From: Clostridia bacterium
Lineage (GTDB): Bacteria > Bacillota > Clostridia > Christensenellales > Aristaeellaceae
DNA length: 62,667 nt
NCBI GenBank assembly: GCA_045637485.1
Contig: JAZTZK010000354.1
Coordinates: forward strand, 1 to 62,667
Direction of reading: 5' to 3'
Position 1 is the stretch's first letter, and every line of letters starts with the position of its first letter. Below are positions 62,600 through 62,667 of this stretch, one piece after another. The notes beneath the pieces were generated by a model, which was not told the origin of the DNA, made no database searches, and saw nothing but the letters and a program-made list of their open reading frames with translations. The position numbers and the translations under genes are program-made.

Positions 62600-62667
62600 A
62601 TGAAGAAAACTTGGCGGTATTTCAGCAGGTTAAGAGGATTGCTTAAGGATATATCGGAGGGATTGCT
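62600..62667 (+). CDS. possible 5' end of a further ORF running off the window
   Basis: ATG at 62600 (MKKTWRYFSRLRGLLKDISEGL..). Only 22 codons are visible. Confidence 0.2.
   Translation, partial: MKKTWRYFSRLRGLLKDISEGL

Noticed and set aside
1-62667. Prophage, integrative element or integrase-bounded island.
   Set aside because: I saw no integrase, recombinase, phage structural or conjugation genes, and no tRNA gene. The only mobility signatures are the IS66-type element and the two repeat families.

Overview
This is a GC-rich chromosomal segment that looks like a gut Clostridia or Oscillospiraceae-type Firmicute; the taxon is inference only. It has about 55 protein-coding loci. I saw no rRNA, tRNA or CRISPR. 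All product calls come from motifs read by eye in the supplied translations, with no database search. Left to right, the window contains: (1) a carbohydrate and redox housekeeping block: a GH51 arabinofuranosidase fragment, an SGNH esterase, DUF1349, an MBL hydrolase, a flavodoxin, AKR, SDR, a MATE pump and a secreted 5'-nucleotidase. (2) An eroded minus-strand string of ADP-ribose and nucleotide-processing genes: ARH, a DEDDh exonuclease, a MazG-like pseudogene, a NADAR pseudogene and a 671-aa methyltransferase. (3) An orphan DinJ antitoxin. (4) A frameshifted IS66-family element and an amino-acid ABC importer operon. (5) A low-GC GNAT island. (6) An sstT, sortase B and surface-lipase module. 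(7) A class II Fic protein. (8) A MATE, two-module NRPS and PPTase cluster. (9) A binding-protein and diguanylate-cyclase pair. (10) MFS, GH9, CAT, MBL, a GAF-GGDEF protein and a cysteine-desulfidase-like operon. (11) A type I R-M system (hsdRMS). The most interesting observations follow. (a) A MITE family shares its terminal inverted repeats (GTTACnnCTCAGC) with the IS66-type element and has 8-bp target duplications. A 7.1-kb block (14866-21991) is bounded by these ends and flanked by a perfect AGGTCAGG duplication, so it looks like a composite transposon carrying the ABC importer. (b) That importer has three circularly permuted family-3 binding proteins and an ATPase with a GHKL-like C-terminal tail. 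(c) A second repeat family (TIR GTATCTGTTCAGTC plus 24-bp tandem units) has two half-copies that bracket the 5.7-kb cell-surface module. (d) There is an orphan A-T-E-C-A-T-C NRPS. (e) Gene decay is unusually heavy and includes two in-frame TGA codons; some of it could be assembly error.
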